64,000 nucleotides of DNA, taken from assembly GCA_018814355.1 (NCBI GenBank), contig JAHIZT010000033.1, forward strand, positions 943 through 64,942, written 5' to 3'. Within the stretch, counting starts at the first letter, position 1. Each line of letters opens with the position of its first letter. Shown here piece after piece: positions 28,904-39,433 of this stretch. The stretch is from Thermoplasmatota archaeon (GTDB lineage Archaea > Thermoplasmatota > Thermoplasmata > UBA10834). The notes beneath the pieces were generated by a model, which saw only the letters and a list, made by a program, of their open reading frames with translations, searched no databases and was not told the origin of the DNA. The position numbers and the translations under genes are program-made.

Positions 28904-30881
28904 TGTTGATCACCTCGGCGCCCTCATCGTAGTCCACCTCGCCCTCTTCCCCCTCCTCCGGCTCCTCCAATCCTCCCTCCTCGGTGATCTTCAGGTGTTC
29001 AAGGTCCCAATCGCCTGGCAGGACCTCCGCTCCTATGACAGATGCCGCATCAATGCCGCTCACATACAGCTCGTTCTCGTCGTACTGCTCCTGCGGCAAC
29101 CCGTGCAGGTCAAAGGTCAGTTCGTAGATTCCGGTGGATGCGATCCTCTTGATGTCCCAGGTCAGCTTGTTGTTCTCTCGGATCTCGATCGGCTTCTCCT
29201 TGAGCGTCTTCTGATCGATCTTGTCGTACGGCGCGAGTATGTGTAGATGGAAGCTCTGGGACTTGGGCGTGTAGTTGTAGATCTTGACCGATATGTGGTG
29301 CCTCCCCTTCTCGAACTTGACCCCATCCTCTATCCAGACGACATTCATTATCTTCGTGATAGTGCCCGCTAGATCGGGCATCGGCTTCCCGACGATCTTC
29401 GCGCTCTTCTGCGCTATCATCGGTATGATCTCCTGGACGATCTCGAACTTCACCTTGGTCTTGCCCTTCTTCGCGGCTTTGTTCAGGTGTGTCTTGAGCC
29501 TTCGGGCGCAGGCCTTGAGGGCCAGCTCGATCTCTTCCTTGATCTCCGGGATGTTCGCGACGGCCTCTTTCGATTCGGAAGTGAACGGTATCTTGGTCGA
29601 TGCGACGTGGACGAGGACTATAGCGGGGCCATATGGGATCCCTTGCCCGCCGCGCTGTTCCAGCCCGTACCTCCTCCAGTCCACTGCCTCGACTGCTTGT
29701 GTGATCGCACATGCTCCCTGCTGGTACATGAGCGGGACGCGGTTGGCGAATCTCAGTATCTGGACGGAATCCTCCCGGTTGAGTCCGCCGCCGTAAACGA
29801 TGCCCACCTCGACAATGAACGGGTTTCCTCCGAAGACCTTGGGCTCTCTCGTGACCGGGGGCGCGTAGAAGTCTGCCTTCAGACCTCCCAAGACGTTCTT
29901 GAGTCCTTTCCTTATGAGCGTCTCGCCGATGGGGGACAGGCAGTCCGTCTCCGGGGACATGATCTTGACCTTCTTGATTGCCTCCAGGATGGCCCCAGCC
30001 CCCTCTAGGGTCAAGCGGCCGGGTCTCAGGTCCGGAGGGACTCCTGCCAATTCGCAGATCTCCCTCGCGACCCTGTAGGATATCCTCGAGAACTCGGTGT
30101 TGAGGAAGCTGGTCATCTTGAGGGATTCGGTGTACTTGGCCATGCTGAGTAGCTCCCCCAGCTCGACGCCCTCTGGATGCGGCTTGACTTCTTTGGTGGG
30201 CTTGGGCACGAGTTCTGAGGCCCTCTCGAACACGATCGTGTTCCCTTCTGGCGGAATGAATGTGATCTTTGCATGCGGGTTGACGATCGCAACACCTTTG
30301 AGGTATTCGAAGATGGACTGCCTCCCGCCGATGTACTTCCCCTTAACATGCACCTGGAAGCTGGTGCCGTGCGACCTGTCCCAGATGACGAAGTCCTCCT
30401 TGATGACGTCAGGCCTGTTCTTCTTCGTGTCCAGGATGAGATCGCACTCATATGCGACATCCTCATCGGATATCTTTGATCGGACCTTCGTCGCCTTGCC
30501 CGTTGTGAGCTGGCTGTACATCACGACAGCGGAGACTCCGATTCCCTGCTGCCCTCTTCTCTGGGCCCTCGTGTGGAACCTTGAGCCGTACAGCAGTCGT
30601 GCGAACACATTGGGAACTTGTTTCTTCACGATGCCAGGACCGTTGTCCTCGACCGTCACCCTGTACTCGGTGTTGTCTATTTTCTCGATGCGCACAAGTA
30701 TCTCAGGCAGCACGCCGGCGTCCTCACACGCATCGAGGCTGTTGTCAACTGGTTCCTTGACGGACGTGATGAGCGCCCTCGTGAGCGAATCGAACCCGAG
30801 GATCTGCTTGTTCTTCTCGAAGAACTCGGAGACGGAGATCTCCTTCTGTTTCTTCGCGAGTTCATGAGCTATGGAAGACAA
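28893..30881 (-). CDS. top6B: DNA topoisomerase VI subunit B (TTG start behind GGAGG)
   Basis: [39 protein letters not shown] and VPFT-like IPFTSESKE motifs. Confidence 0.96.
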   Translation of the reverse strand: MSSIAHELAKKQKEISVSEFFEKNKQILGFDSLTRALITSVKEPVDNSLDACEDAGVLPEILVRIEKIDNTEYRVTVEDNGPGIVKKQVPNVFARLLYGSRFHTRAQRRGQQGIGVSAVVMYSQLTTGKATKVRSKISDEDVAYECDLILDTKKNRPDVIKEDFVIWDRSHGTSFQVHVKGKYIGGRQSIFEYLKGVAIVNPHAKITFIPPEGNTIVFERASELVPKPTKEVKPHPEGVELGELLSMAKYTESLKMTSFLNTEFSRISYRVAREICELAGVPPDLRPGRLTLEGAGAILEAIKKVKIMSPETDCLSPIGETLIRKGLKNVLGGLKADFYAPPVTREPKVFGGNPFIVEVGIVYGGGLNREDSVQILRFANRVPLMYQQGACAITQAVEAVDWRRYGLEQRGGQGIPYGPAIVLVHVASTKIPFTSESKEAVANIPEIKEEIELALKACARRLKTHLNKAAKKGKTKVKFEIVQEIIPMIAQKSAKIVGKPMPDLAGTITKIMNVVWIEDGVKFEKGRHHISVKIYNYTPKSQSFHLHILAPYDKIDQKTLKEKPIEIRENNKLTWDIKRIASTGIYELTFDLHGLPQEQYDENELYVSGIDAASVIGAEVLPGDWDLEHLKITEEGGLEEPEEGEEGEVDYDEGAEVINNEE

Positions 30882-31024
30882 TCGAGTGCGCCTCCACTAA
30901 GACGATAGAAGCTCTGCTTTATCGGGTGCATCCCAGTTGGTCGAAATGACTTACCTAGATAAATACGTGTTGTGGCAGTTGTGACATGCTGGCTCACGGC
31001 ATGATTGGGCCTAGGCAATTCTAA

Positions 31025-32026
31025 TCAATCAAATCTCTCGCCGCACTTCGGGCAGCGCTTGGCTTCTGCAGGCACGTCCGCTCCGCATTCAGAGCAGACG
31101 AACCCCTCTCCCGAGGTCTCCTTCCCCATCGCCTCGGCGAGGCTGGGGACCTTGGCCCTCCCCTGGGGGATGCCCTCCTTCTCCTTCGCGCGCTCCTCAA
31201 CGGCCTTCTCGTAGGCATCCACTCTCATCTTCCGCGCTCGCCTGGTCCACCAGATCATGAGCAGCATGAGCGCGTACATTGGGTATACTCCTATGAACGA
31301 CTGAACGAACGATATCGGGACCAACGGTGCCATGACAGCGGGTGTGCTCGTGTATATCGGTCCGTTGATTGCGAGCTCTGTCCCGTCCGCCAACCTCTCA
31401 TCTGCGATGAGCCATGTGCCGTTCACCTTCGCCCAGAAAATGAATTGGTTGATCGGCCTGGTCACAGTCGTGTTGTAGTAGTAGTGCCAAACCGTGGCAT
31501 TGCTCCTAGCACCATCCTTCAACATCGTGTAATTGGTCGCCTTGGCGCTCGGGAACGCCACGCTGGCAGTGTCGATACTTACCTCCTCCACAGTCGTGTT
31601 CGCGCTTGGTAGGTGGACAGTGAGAGTGTAGTTGAACATCGTGGACGAGTCACCGAACAGAGGGGTGACCATGCCGTCTGCGAGAGTGGCATTTTCGCTC
31701 GTTGCGATCTGGGGCTCAACGTGCTGGTAGAAATCAGTGAAATACACGACCCACACGCCTGCAAATGCGATGCACGCCACGAGGCCGACTATCAGTAGCT
31801 TCTTGACCCCCTTGACTCCAAGCTGCCACATGATGCCCAGCATGAACAGCGGGGTGATGAGACCGCTCAGGCAGAACGTCCCTGCGTAGAGCAACACTAG
31901 CGCATACACGCCAGCCGAAAGCGCGATTCCGACAGGAATCGGCAGGGGCGTCTTCCTGAACTCCTGGAACGAACTCTTCAGATACATTTCCAGTCTCTTG
32001 GCCGGGGTATCCATCTCGTGAGGCAA
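31025..32026 (-). CDS. Membrane protein with extracellular beta domain and C-terminal zinc ribbon
   Basis: Three N-terminal TMs, sequon-rich domain, one TM, then CSECGADV..CPKCGERFD. Confidence 0.75.
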   Translation of the reverse strand: MPHEMDTPAKRLEMYLKSSFQEFRKTPLPIPVGIALSAGVYALVLLYAGTFCLSGLITPLFMLGIMWQLGVKGVKKLLIVGLVACIAFAGVWVVYFTDFYQHVEPQIATSENATLADGMVTPLFGDSSTMFNYTLTVHLPSANTTVEEVSIDTASVAFPSAKATNYTMLKDGARSNATVWHYYYNTTVTRPINQFIFWAKVNGTWLIADERLADGTELAINGPIYTSTPAVMAPLVPISFVQSFIGVYPMYALMLLMIWWTRRARKMRVDAYEKAVEERAKEKEGIPQGRAKVPSLAEAMGKETSGEGFVCSECGADVPAEAKRCPKCGERFD

Positions 32027-32129
32027 CTTGCTCTTCGCATAAATAGATTGGTTCTCGCGGGCTGGTGTCGTAATAGCAGTTAAATATGTGGTTTCGCAAT
32101 CGAAGGCATTCCTCTAGGAGGTCCCAGCG

Positions 32130-33095
32130 TTGAAGACCGCGGTCATAGCCATCGGAGGGAACGCCATACTGCGCTCCGGGGAGAAACCCACACAGGAGAA
32201 CCAGATGCGCAACGTGGCGGTCACGGCCAAGGGCATGGCGGACCTGATAGAGAAGGGCTACGACATCGTAATAACGCACGGGAACGGGCCGCAGGTCGGG
32301 GACATACTTCTCAGGAACGAGATCGCCAAGAACGAGCTGCCACCGATGGGCATGGACGTGTGCGACGCCGAGAGCCAGGGGCAGATAGGGTACATGCTCC
32401 AACAGGCGCTCTCATCGGAGTTCGTAGAGAGAGGGATGAACAAGGTGGCCGTGTCGCTTATCACGCAGGTCATCGTCTCTGAGGATGACCCAGCGTTCAA
32501 GAACCCGACCAAGCCGATAGGCAAGTATTACAGCGCTCATGAGGCAAAGGAACTCCACAAGGAGAAGGGTTGGGTCATGGTCCTGGACAAGAAGAGGGGT
32601 GGTTGGAGGCGCGTCGTCCCCTCGCCTGCTCCACTCGGTATCGTCGAGAGCAAGCCAGTCCAGAGGCTCGTGTTCGGCGGAGAGCATCAGGCAGAGGTGG
32701 TCATCGCCTGCGGCGGAGGCGGGATTCCAGTCGTCCGCAGAGGGCACCGGTATGTCGGCGTCGAGGCCGTCGTGGACAAGGATCTCGCAGCGGCGATGCT
32801 TGCGAGAGATATCAAGGAAAGGTTGTTCGTCATCGCTACCGATGTCGAGCATGTCTTCCTCGATTTCGGGAAGGTGACTCAGAGGCCCTTCATGAAATCC
32901 AACCTCAAGGAGATCAAGAGACTATACGAGGAGGGGCAGTTCCCGCCGGGCACCATGGGGCCGAAGATACTCGCAGCCATCAGGTTCCTGGAAGGTGGAG
33001 GGGATGAGGTCGTGATCTGCTCCACCGAGAAGCTCGTTGCCGCCCTGGGAGAGGGCGCTGGAACGCATATCTACAGGGACGACATTAAGGCTTGA
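32130..33095 (+). CDS. arcC: Carbamate kinase
   Basis: IGGNA, THGNGPQVG, QGQIGY, NPTKPIG, GGGGIPV, VDKD and GTMGPK motifs. Confidence 0.93.
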   Translation: MKTAVIAIGGNAILRSGEKPTQENQMRNVAVTAKGMADLIEKGYDIVITHGNGPQVGDILLRNEIAKNELPPMGMDVCDAESQGQIGYMLQQALSSEFVERGMNKVAVSLITQVIVSEDDPAFKNPTKPIGKYYSAHEAKELHKEKGWVMVLDKKRGGWRRVVPSPAPLGIVESKPVQRLVFGGEHQAEVVIACGGGGIPVVRRGHRYVGVEAVVDKDLAAAMLARDIKERLFVIATDVEHVFLDFGKVTQRPFMKSNLKEIKRLYEEGQFPPGTMGPKILAAIRFLEGGGDEVVICSTEKLVAALGEGAGTHIYRDDIKA

Positions 33096-33099
33096 GCCC

Positions 33100-34200
33100 A
33101 TGCCTTCTGCAGAGGAGCGGATCAAAGAGATAGATGAAGAGCTGGCAAAGACCCATTACAACAAGAACACCCAGCACCACATCGGCAGGCTCAAGGCACA
33201 GCTCGCGAGGCTTAGGGACGCCGTCGAGCTCAGACGTTCAAAGGGGCCTAAGACCGCCGGCTATGCCGTCCGCAAGTCCGGCCATGCAACTGTGGCTCTG
33301 GTCGGTTTTCCGAGCGTCGGCAAGTCGACTCTTCTCAACAAGATCACGAACGCGCAGAGCGCAGTGGCGGAATACAAGTTCACGACTCTCACGGTCGTAC
33401 CCGGTGTGATGGAGTACCGGGGCGCGAAGATCCAAATCCTCGATCTGCCAGGGCTGATCAAAGACGCCTCCAAGGGCAAGGGCCGAGGCCGAGAGGTGCT
33501 GTCGGTCGTTCGTTCTGCGGACATGATCCTCCTCATGATCGACGTCTTCGAGACGAACATTCAAGTGCTGGTAGAGGAGCTGAAGACTGCGAATCTCAGG
33601 CTCAACCAGCGGCCGCCGGACATTGTGGTTGCGAAGAAGAACAGGGGCGGCATCATTGTCAACTTCACCACCAAGCAATCGGTCATGGACGAGGACCTCG
33701 TCAAGGACATGATGAACGAGTACGGACACACCAACGCGGATGTCGTGATCAGGGACGACATCGATGAGGACCAGCTCATCGACTCTATCTCCGGCAACAG
33801 GCTCTACGTACCGGCGATAGCGGTCATCAACAAGACCGACCTCGTGAACGAGACGTATCTGAAGCTGATTCAGAAGCGGCTCAAGGAGTGGAAGATCGTC
33901 CCGATTGCAGCGGAGAAGGACATCGGACTGGAGAAGCTCAGAGAAGATATCTACAACGCCCTCAAGTTCATACGCATCTACATGAAGCCGCAGGGGAAGG
34001 ATGCTGACATGGTCGAGCCCCTCGTGATCAAGGACGGCTCGGACATAGGCATGATCTGCGACTCGATACACAGGGAGTTCAGGAAGAACTTCAGGTACGC
34101 GCAGATCTGGGGAAAGAGCGCGAGGTTCCCTGGCCAGATAGTCGGCCTAGACCACAGGGTGGTCGATCAGGACATTGTCACCATAATCGTGAAGCGCTGA
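33100..34200 (+). CDS. DRG/OBG-family GTPase with TGS domain
   Basis: NKNTQHHIGRLKA, GFPSVGKST, FTT, DLPG, NKTD; ATG 33100. Confidence 0.93.
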   Translation: MPSAEERIKEIDEELAKTHYNKNTQHHIGRLKAQLARLRDAVELRRSKGPKTAGYAVRKSGHATVALVGFPSVGKSTLLNKITNAQSAVAEYKFTTLTVVPGVMEYRGAKIQILDLPGLIKDASKGKGRGREVLSVVRSADMILLMIDVFETNIQVLVEELKTANLRLNQRPPDIVVAKKNRGGIIVNFTTKQSVMDEDLVKDMMNEYGHTNADVVIRDDIDEDQLIDSISGNRLYVPAIAVINKTDLVNETYLKLIQKRLKEWKIVPIAAEKDIGLEKLREDIYNALKFIRIYMKPQGKDADMVEPLVIKDGSDIGMICDSIHREFRKNFRYAQIWGKSARFPGQIVGLDHRVVDQDIVTIIVKR

Positions 34201-34251
34201 AAAACTAAAGATTAAAGGGTTTTGAGCGGTGAAGAAGAGAACTGAGTTCGC

Positions 34252-34479
34252 TCAGACCTTCTTCATCAGCTTCATGAATCCGCCGCCTTCATGAATCTCC
34301 AGATTCTTTGAGGCGACGATCTGCTCGAACTCGGGCCAGTCGATTATATCGACCCTCGGGCTTCCGCCCCGAGTGAATTCGACCTCGGTTGTCCCTCTTA
34401 CCTTGCCGGGTTTGAGGCTCTTCTCAGCTGCGATCTCCTTTGCCCTGTCGAGAGATATTGGCTTCATTGGCATGTGCAT
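34252..34479 (-). CDS. Small hypothetical protein
   Basis: 75-aa ORF with GGAGGG RBS and normal codon pattern. Confidence 0.7.
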   Translation of the reverse strand: MHMPMKPISLDRAKEIAAEKSLKPGKVRGTTEVEFTRGGSPRVDIIDWPEFEQIVASKNLEIHEGGGFMKLMKKV

Positions 34480-34600
34480 CCCTCCGTGTTGCCGGATTCA
34501 CTTCCGACACTGACTGAATACTCGTCGGACATATAAAGCCCTTTCGCCAGTATGGCTATTTTGTATGCTGGACAGCTGTCAGACATCAGCAAAAACGTGC

Positions 34601-35926
34601 TCAGAACAACAGCAAGAGCATCAGGGTAGATATGAACAATGTCGCCATCGCGATTGGGAAACCGACCAGGGTGAACTTCCAGAAATTGATCTCGACGCCT
34701 TTCGCCTCGGCCTTCTCCGCGACTATCACGTTCGCTGCAGCTCCGAGTATGGTCGCGTTCCCTGCGAGGGTGGAGCTGGATGCGAGGGCTATCCAAAGCT
34801 GATGGTCCGTGATGGGTATCAGCTCGCCCAGCAGGAGCACCGCAGGCACGTTGCTCACGAGGTTGGACAAAAGGGCGGACAATGCTGTAAGCCATTCCAT
34901 GGTCGGCACTCCAGAATCCCTGAAGCCAGGGAAGAAGTTCTTTATCTCGTTCAGCAGCTGGGAGTCCTTGACCCCTTGGAGCACGACGAACAGGCCTACG
35001 AAGAAGAGGATGATCGACCAGTCGACTCCCGCGAGCATCTCTCTTGCCTTGACGTCTGTCACGAGCGGCACGACGAAGAGTGAGACAACGCCAGCCACGA
35101 ACGCGATCACGGCGATCGGGGTTCCAAGGAACTGGTTCAGGACGAAAGCCACGAAGGTCAGGGCGGTTATTACCAGCAGGCTGTAGAGCCCGAGCCTCCT
35201 CTCCTTCATCTTCCTGATGCCAGAGGTCGTGGACTCGTCGCCCTTCACCAGCTCCTCCTCGAAGGCCTTCCATCCATCCTTGAGGATCTTCCTCCTGAAA
35301 GCCTGCGCGCTCCCCTGTTCAATGTCCTTCCTGTAGACAAGGTAGAGGATGGCGATCGCCACGAGCATGCAGACGACGGAGACTGGAAACAGTCTCGCTG
35401 AGAAGTCTATGAAGGACATGCCCGTCTTCGTCGCGATGTACGCGTTCTGGGGATTGCCAACGGCCGTCGCCACGCTCCCGATGTTTGCTGCGATGGCCTC
35501 CGCCACGAGGAACGGCACGGGGTTTGACTTCAGCAGTCTGCAGGTCCTGATTATGATGGGCGTGAAGAGCAGCACGACAGTATCGTTGAGCACGAGCGCC
35601 GACAACGCGCCCGTGACCACCATCGTGAGCACCAGGAACGTGAACTGGTCCTTCGAGTACTTGATCATCCTGAGCGAGACCCACTCGAAGAAGCCGCAGA
35701 GCTCAAGCCCAGCTACGAGGATCATCATCCCGACGAGCAGTATCAGTATGTCCATGTTGATGGCGCCGATGGCCACATCGGGTTTGACCACGCCGAAAAC
35801 GATCATCAGGGCAGCGCCGATCAGCGCCGCGGCCGGCCTGTCCACCTTGACCTTTGGGAACCGGCGGATCGAGATAAGCGCATATGTGACCAAGAAGATC
35901 GCGAGCGCAATCCAAAGGGCTCCCAT
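34601..35926 (-). CDS. ArsB/NhaD/CitT (ion transporter superfamily) anion permease
   Basis: LNDT, ANIGSVAT.VGNPQN, DWSIILFF, SNVPA and GAAAN motifs. Confidence 0.88.
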   Translation of the reverse strand: MGALWIALAIFLVTYALISIRRFPKVKVDRPAAALIGAALMIVFGVVKPDVAIGAINMDILILLVGMMILVAGLELCGFFEWVSLRMIKYSKDQFTFLVLTMVVTGALSALVLNDTVVLLFTPIIIRTCRLLKSNPVPFLVAEAIAANIGSVATAVGNPQNAYIATKTGMSFIDFSARLFPVSVVCMLVAIAILYLVYRKDIEQGSAQAFRRKILKDGWKAFEEELVKGDESTTSGIRKMKERRLGLYSLLVITALTFVAFVLNQFLGTPIAVIAFVAGVVSLFVVPLVTDVKAREMLAGVDWSIILFFVGLFVVLQGVKDSQLLNEIKNFFPGFRDSGVPTMEWLTALSALLSNLVSNVPAVLLLGELIPITDHQLWIALASSSTLAGNATILGAAANVIVAEKAEAKGVEINFWKFTLVGFPIAMATLFISTLMLLLLF

Positions 35927-36017
35927 CTGAGGTTAGGAAAACGTAACGCCGGATATGAATGTGAGCATTCGTCCCCATCCAAAAGGATTAAGAAATGGGT
36001 GGCCGTTCAAGCGAACG

Positions 36018-37274
36018 ATGATTCAGAGGCCAAGAGGGACTAGGGACTTCGGCCCGACAGAGATGGCCAAGCGCAGGAAGGCGGAAATGTCCATGCGCGA
36101 GTCGTGCGCTCGGTTCGGATTCGGCGAGGTCGTTACTCCCACATTCGAGCACTCGGAACTGTTCACGCTCAGGTCTGGCCAGGGCATCATAGACGAGATG
36201 TACGTCTTCAAGGACAAGGGCGACAGGGAGATGGCCCTCAGGCCGGAGATCACCGCGTCAGTCATTCGGTTCTATGTCAACGAGCTGTCCACACTCCCCA
36301 AACCGTTGAAGCTCTACTATGTCGGCAACTGTTTCAGGTACGAGAACCCCCAGAGCGGCAGGTTCAGGGAGTTCTTCCAGCTCGGTGCAGAGCTCATAGG
36401 CACCAAGAGCCCTGAGACGGATGCCGAGGTGATCGCGCTCGCAATCAACTGCATCAGGGCCACGGGCTTGGAGGAGTTCATCGTCCGCATAGGTCACATC
36501 GGCATCCTGAAGTCGATGGTCCACAGCGAGATCAAGGACCCGAAGGTCGCGTCCGATGTCCTGAGGATGATAGACAAGGAGGACTTCGACGCCATGGGCG
36601 ACATGTTCGATGCAAAGGCGCTGCCCAGGCAGCTGTTCGATAAGATCACATCTCTCGCGGAGGTCGAGGGCGAGGTGGAGCTGCTGAACAACCTCGAACC
36701 GTCCGAGGCGACGGAGTACTTGAAGGAGATATTCTCGGTGCTGAAGCTGTACGGGATCGAGGACTGCCAGGTGGACCTGGGAATCGTCCGCGGCCTCGAC
36801 TACTACACGGGCATGGTGTTCGAGATAGATGCGCCCAGGCTGGGCGCTGAGAAGCAGATTCTCGGTGGCGGATCATATACGCTGTCCGAGCTGTTCGGTG
36901 GCGAGCCGGTGTTCAGCACGGGCTTTGCGATCGGGATCGACAGGGTCCTGCTCGCCCTGGAAGCTGAGAGACCTATCGAGCTCGCGCTCCCGCTAGATGC
37001 GTTCGTGATTCCAACCAAGGACGACATGAGAAAGTACGCGTTCGGGATCGTCTCGAGGCTGAGATCGCAGGGCCTGAAGGCGGATGTCGATCTCATGCGC
37101 AGGACCATGAGTAAGAACCTGAAGTACGCCGCGGCGGTAGGCTCGAGATATGCGGTCATCGTGGGCAAGGAAGAGATGGCGAAGCGGTCAGTGATGCTCA
37201 GGGACATGAAGTCCGGGGAGCAGAAAGTGGTTCTTGCTGACGAGGTCGGTTCTGAGATCGCGAAGTCGCTCTGA
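36018..37274 (+). CDS. hisS: Histidyl-tRNA synthetase
   Basis: RPRGTRDF, LRPEITA, FRYENPQSGRFREF.Q, RGLDYYTG and GGG.Y motifs. Confidence 0.97.
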   Translation: MIQRPRGTRDFGPTEMAKRRKAEMSMRESCARFGFGEVVTPTFEHSELFTLRSGQGIIDEMYVFKDKGDREMALRPEITASVIRFYVNELSTLPKPLKLYYVGNCFRYENPQSGRFREFFQLGAELIGTKSPETDAEVIALAINCIRATGLEEFIVRIGHIGILKSMVHSEIKDPKVASDVLRMIDKEDFDAMGDMFDAKALPRQLFDKITSLAEVEGEVELLNNLEPSEATEYLKEIFSVLKLYGIEDCQVDLGIVRGLDYYTGMVFEIDAPRLGAEKQILGGGSYTLSELFGGEPVFSTGFAIGIDRVLLALEAERPIELALPLDAFVIPTKDDMRKYAFGIVSRLRSQGLKADVDLMRRTMSKNLKYAAAVGSRYAVIVGKEEMAKRSVMLRDMKSGEQKVVLADEVGSEIAKSL

Positions 37275-37313
37275 AGTTTCTCGGTTCGGTAGTTCGCTAA
37301 AGTGGCAGATGAT

Positions 37314-37655
37314 TCAGATCTCGGGTTTTCTTGGCTCCGTGGTCACCCAGTCGTCCGCCTCTCGGAGCACAACCGACTTGTTGCTTCCAGGCAAGATGAA
37401 GTGCATCAGCTCCGCAGTCAGTCGCTCATCTACCGGGTCCTTGAACTCCCTCATCTTGTCAAGGTCAGCGAACTTCTCATACTCGTAGATCATAGCCAGG
37501 TCATGATCCCCTAGGCCCATGGCCGCGCCATACAACCCTACGAACTTCCAGCCCTCAGGGACATGCTTCTCAAGAAGTGGCTTGTTCTTCTTGTACCAAT
37601 TCTTCAGCTCCGTATCCCTGCCCTCCTTCACATTCCCATACCATATTTGCAGCAT
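37314..37655 (-). CDS. Small hypothetical protein, possibly NIPSNAP/dimeric alpha-beta barrel-like
   Basis: AGGAGG RBS 5-6 nt before ATG 37655; alternating beta/alpha pattern. The fold is an inference. Confidence 0.7.
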   Translation of the reverse strand: MLQIWYGNVKEGRDTELKNWYKKNKPLLEKHVPEGWKFVGLYGAAMGLGDHDLAMIYEYEKFADLDKMREFKDPVDERLTAELMHFILPGSNKSVVLREADDWVTTEPRKPEI

Positions 37656-37659
37656 GCTT

Positions 37660-37727
37660 TTCCTCCTTTTGCCGGCGCACGAGGAGGTCACGTGAGCCGT
37701 GGATGAACCACGCCACTTCCTCCTCGT
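37660..37727 (-). promoter_or_regulatory. Structured 5' leader with an anti-SD that can pair with either an upstream SD mimic or the true RBS
   Basis: On the mRNA: ACGAGGAGG...CCUCCUCGU...AGGAGG-AUG. Confidence 0.4.
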
Positions 37728-37857
37728 CACGTACCATGCCCTACGGCTCCTATTTGAAATCTTCGCGTCGCTCCGGCCAAAAGAATCGTCACTCACCATA
37801 GGCACGGGCGAATCCGGATTGCTCTAGTTCGGGAACCTGTGAAAAATGGTGAGTTGT

Positions 37858-37882
37858 CCATCCGGAGCATCGCCCCGGATGG
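37858..37882 (-). terminator. Hairpin downstream of gdh
   Basis: CCATCCGG-N9-CCGGATGG, followed on the minus strand by a T-run. Confidence 0.45.
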
Positions 37883-37900
37883 GTTGGAGTTTGAGTTCGT

Positions 37901-39154
37901 CTACGGGAAGAAGCCTCTCAGCTTCGTTGCGTCCGCGACTCTCTTCACTGCGACGAGGTAGGCTGCGTCTCTCATGTTGCACTTGTGCTTCTCGTGCATG
38001 TCCCACACCTCGTGGAACGCCGCGGTGATCTTCTTGTCGAGGCGTTGATTGACCTCTTCCTCGGTCCAGTAGAAGTTGTAGTTGTTCTGGACCCATTCGA
38101 AGTAGCTCACCGTGACACCGCCTGCGTTCGCAAGGATGTCGGGCAGGACGAGTACGCCGTTCTTCCACATGACGTCGTCTGCCTCGAAGGTGGTCGGGCC
38201 GTTCGCGCCCTCACCGGATATCTTGGCTTTGATCTTCGCAGCGTTGTCCTTCGTGATGACGTTCTCGAGAGCGCAGGGCAGGAGCACATCGACCTTGAGC
38301 TCGAGGATCTCCTCGTTGCTGATCGGCTTCGAACCGGGGAATCCGATGACGCTGCTGGTCTTGACCTTGTGCGCCCAGACTTCCTCGTACTTCAGGCCCA
38401 TCTCATTGATGATGCCGCCCTTCGAATCGGTCACGGCGATGACTTTCGCACCGAAGTCGCGCTCGATGAGCTTGTGGGCGAACGCGCCGACATTGCCGTA
38501 TCCCTGGATGGCTACGCTTGCGCCCTTCAGGTTCATGCCGATCTTCTTCGCCGCTTCTCTCACGCAGAACACGAGACCCCTCGCTGTCGCCTCAGGCCTG
38601 CCGAGTGAACCGCCGAGCTCTCTTGGCTTGCCGGTGATGACGCCTGGGACAGAGTAGCCCTTCTGCATGCTGAAGGTGTCCATGATCCAGGCCATCTCTC
38701 TGCCGCCTGTGTTCACGTCTGGAGCAGGAATGTCCTTCTCCGGGCCGATGATGATCGAGATTTCAGACGCGTACCTCCGCGTCAACCTCTCGATTTCGTT
38801 CACGGACATCTTCTTCGGGTCGCAGATGACGCCTCCCTTCGCACCACCGTAGGGTATGTCGACTGTGGCGGTCTTCCATGTCATCCAGGACGAAAGGGCT
38901 CTTACCTCATCAATGTCCACCTGTGGGTGGTATCTGATGCCTCCCTTGTACGGACCGCGGGCTTCGTTGTGCTGGACTCTGTATCCAGTGAAGACCTTGA
39001 CCGCTCCGTTGTCCATCTTGACAGGAAAATTCACTGAGAGCTCCCTCTTCGGACTCTTCAGGACTTCGATCATGCCCTGGTCGAGACCCAGAGTCTTCCC
39101 CGCCTTGTCGACCATCTTCTTCATTTCTTCAAACGGATTCGCTTTGCCTGCCAT
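37901..39154 (-). CDS. gdhA: Glutamate dehydrogenase (Glu/Leu/Phe/Val family)
   Basis: RGPYKGGIRYHP, GGAKGG, PAPDVNT, GYGNVG, GANGP and NAGGVTVSYFEW motifs. Confidence 0.96.
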   Translation of the reverse strand: MAGKANPFEEMKKMVDKAGKTLGLDQGMIEVLKSPKRELSVNFPVKMDNGAVKVFTGYRVQHNEARGPYKGGIRYHPQVDIDEVRALSSWMTWKTATVDIPYGGAKGGVICDPKKMSVNEIERLTRRYASEISIIIGPEKDIPAPDVNTGGREMAWIMDTFSMQKGYSVPGVITGKPRELGGSLGRPEATARGLVFCVREAAKKIGMNLKGASVAIQGYGNVGAFAHKLIERDFGAKVIAVTDSKGGIINEMGLKYEEVWAHKVKTSSVIGFPGSKPISNEEILELKVDVLLPCALENVITKDNAAKIKAKISGEGANGPTTFEADDVMWKNGVLVLPDILANAGGVTVSYFEWVQNNYNFYWTEEEVNQRLDKKITAAFHEVWDMHEKHKCNMRDAAYLVAVKRVADATKLRGFFP

Positions 39155-39232
39155 TCTAACACCATTGGCCTAATCCACCACCGCGCAAATACTCTGCGCG
39201 AGATGATTGTGGTAGCGCATGCCAAGACTGAA

Positions 39233-39304
39233 TTTAAAGGTTCCCTCTCAACCCCGTTTCCTCCCGGAAGAACTGCATTTTCAACCGGATGTTTTTAAAG
39301 GTTC
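39233..39304 (-). promoter_or_regulatory. Two tandem BRE/TATA-like boxes upstream of gdh
   Basis: TTTAAAGGTTC occurs at 39233-39243 and 39294-39304 (GAACCTTTAAA on the minus strand). Confidence 0.5.
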
Positions 39305-39433
39305 TTCGAATGCGTGGCCCATCTGTCGTAATTGATGGCCAATTCATGACGGAAGTTCGAACGGCTGTCTTCTTGAAAAATCCCCTTTCGACACGTCTTT
39401 CCGAAAAGCATCCGCCTTTCAAGATTAACGCCG

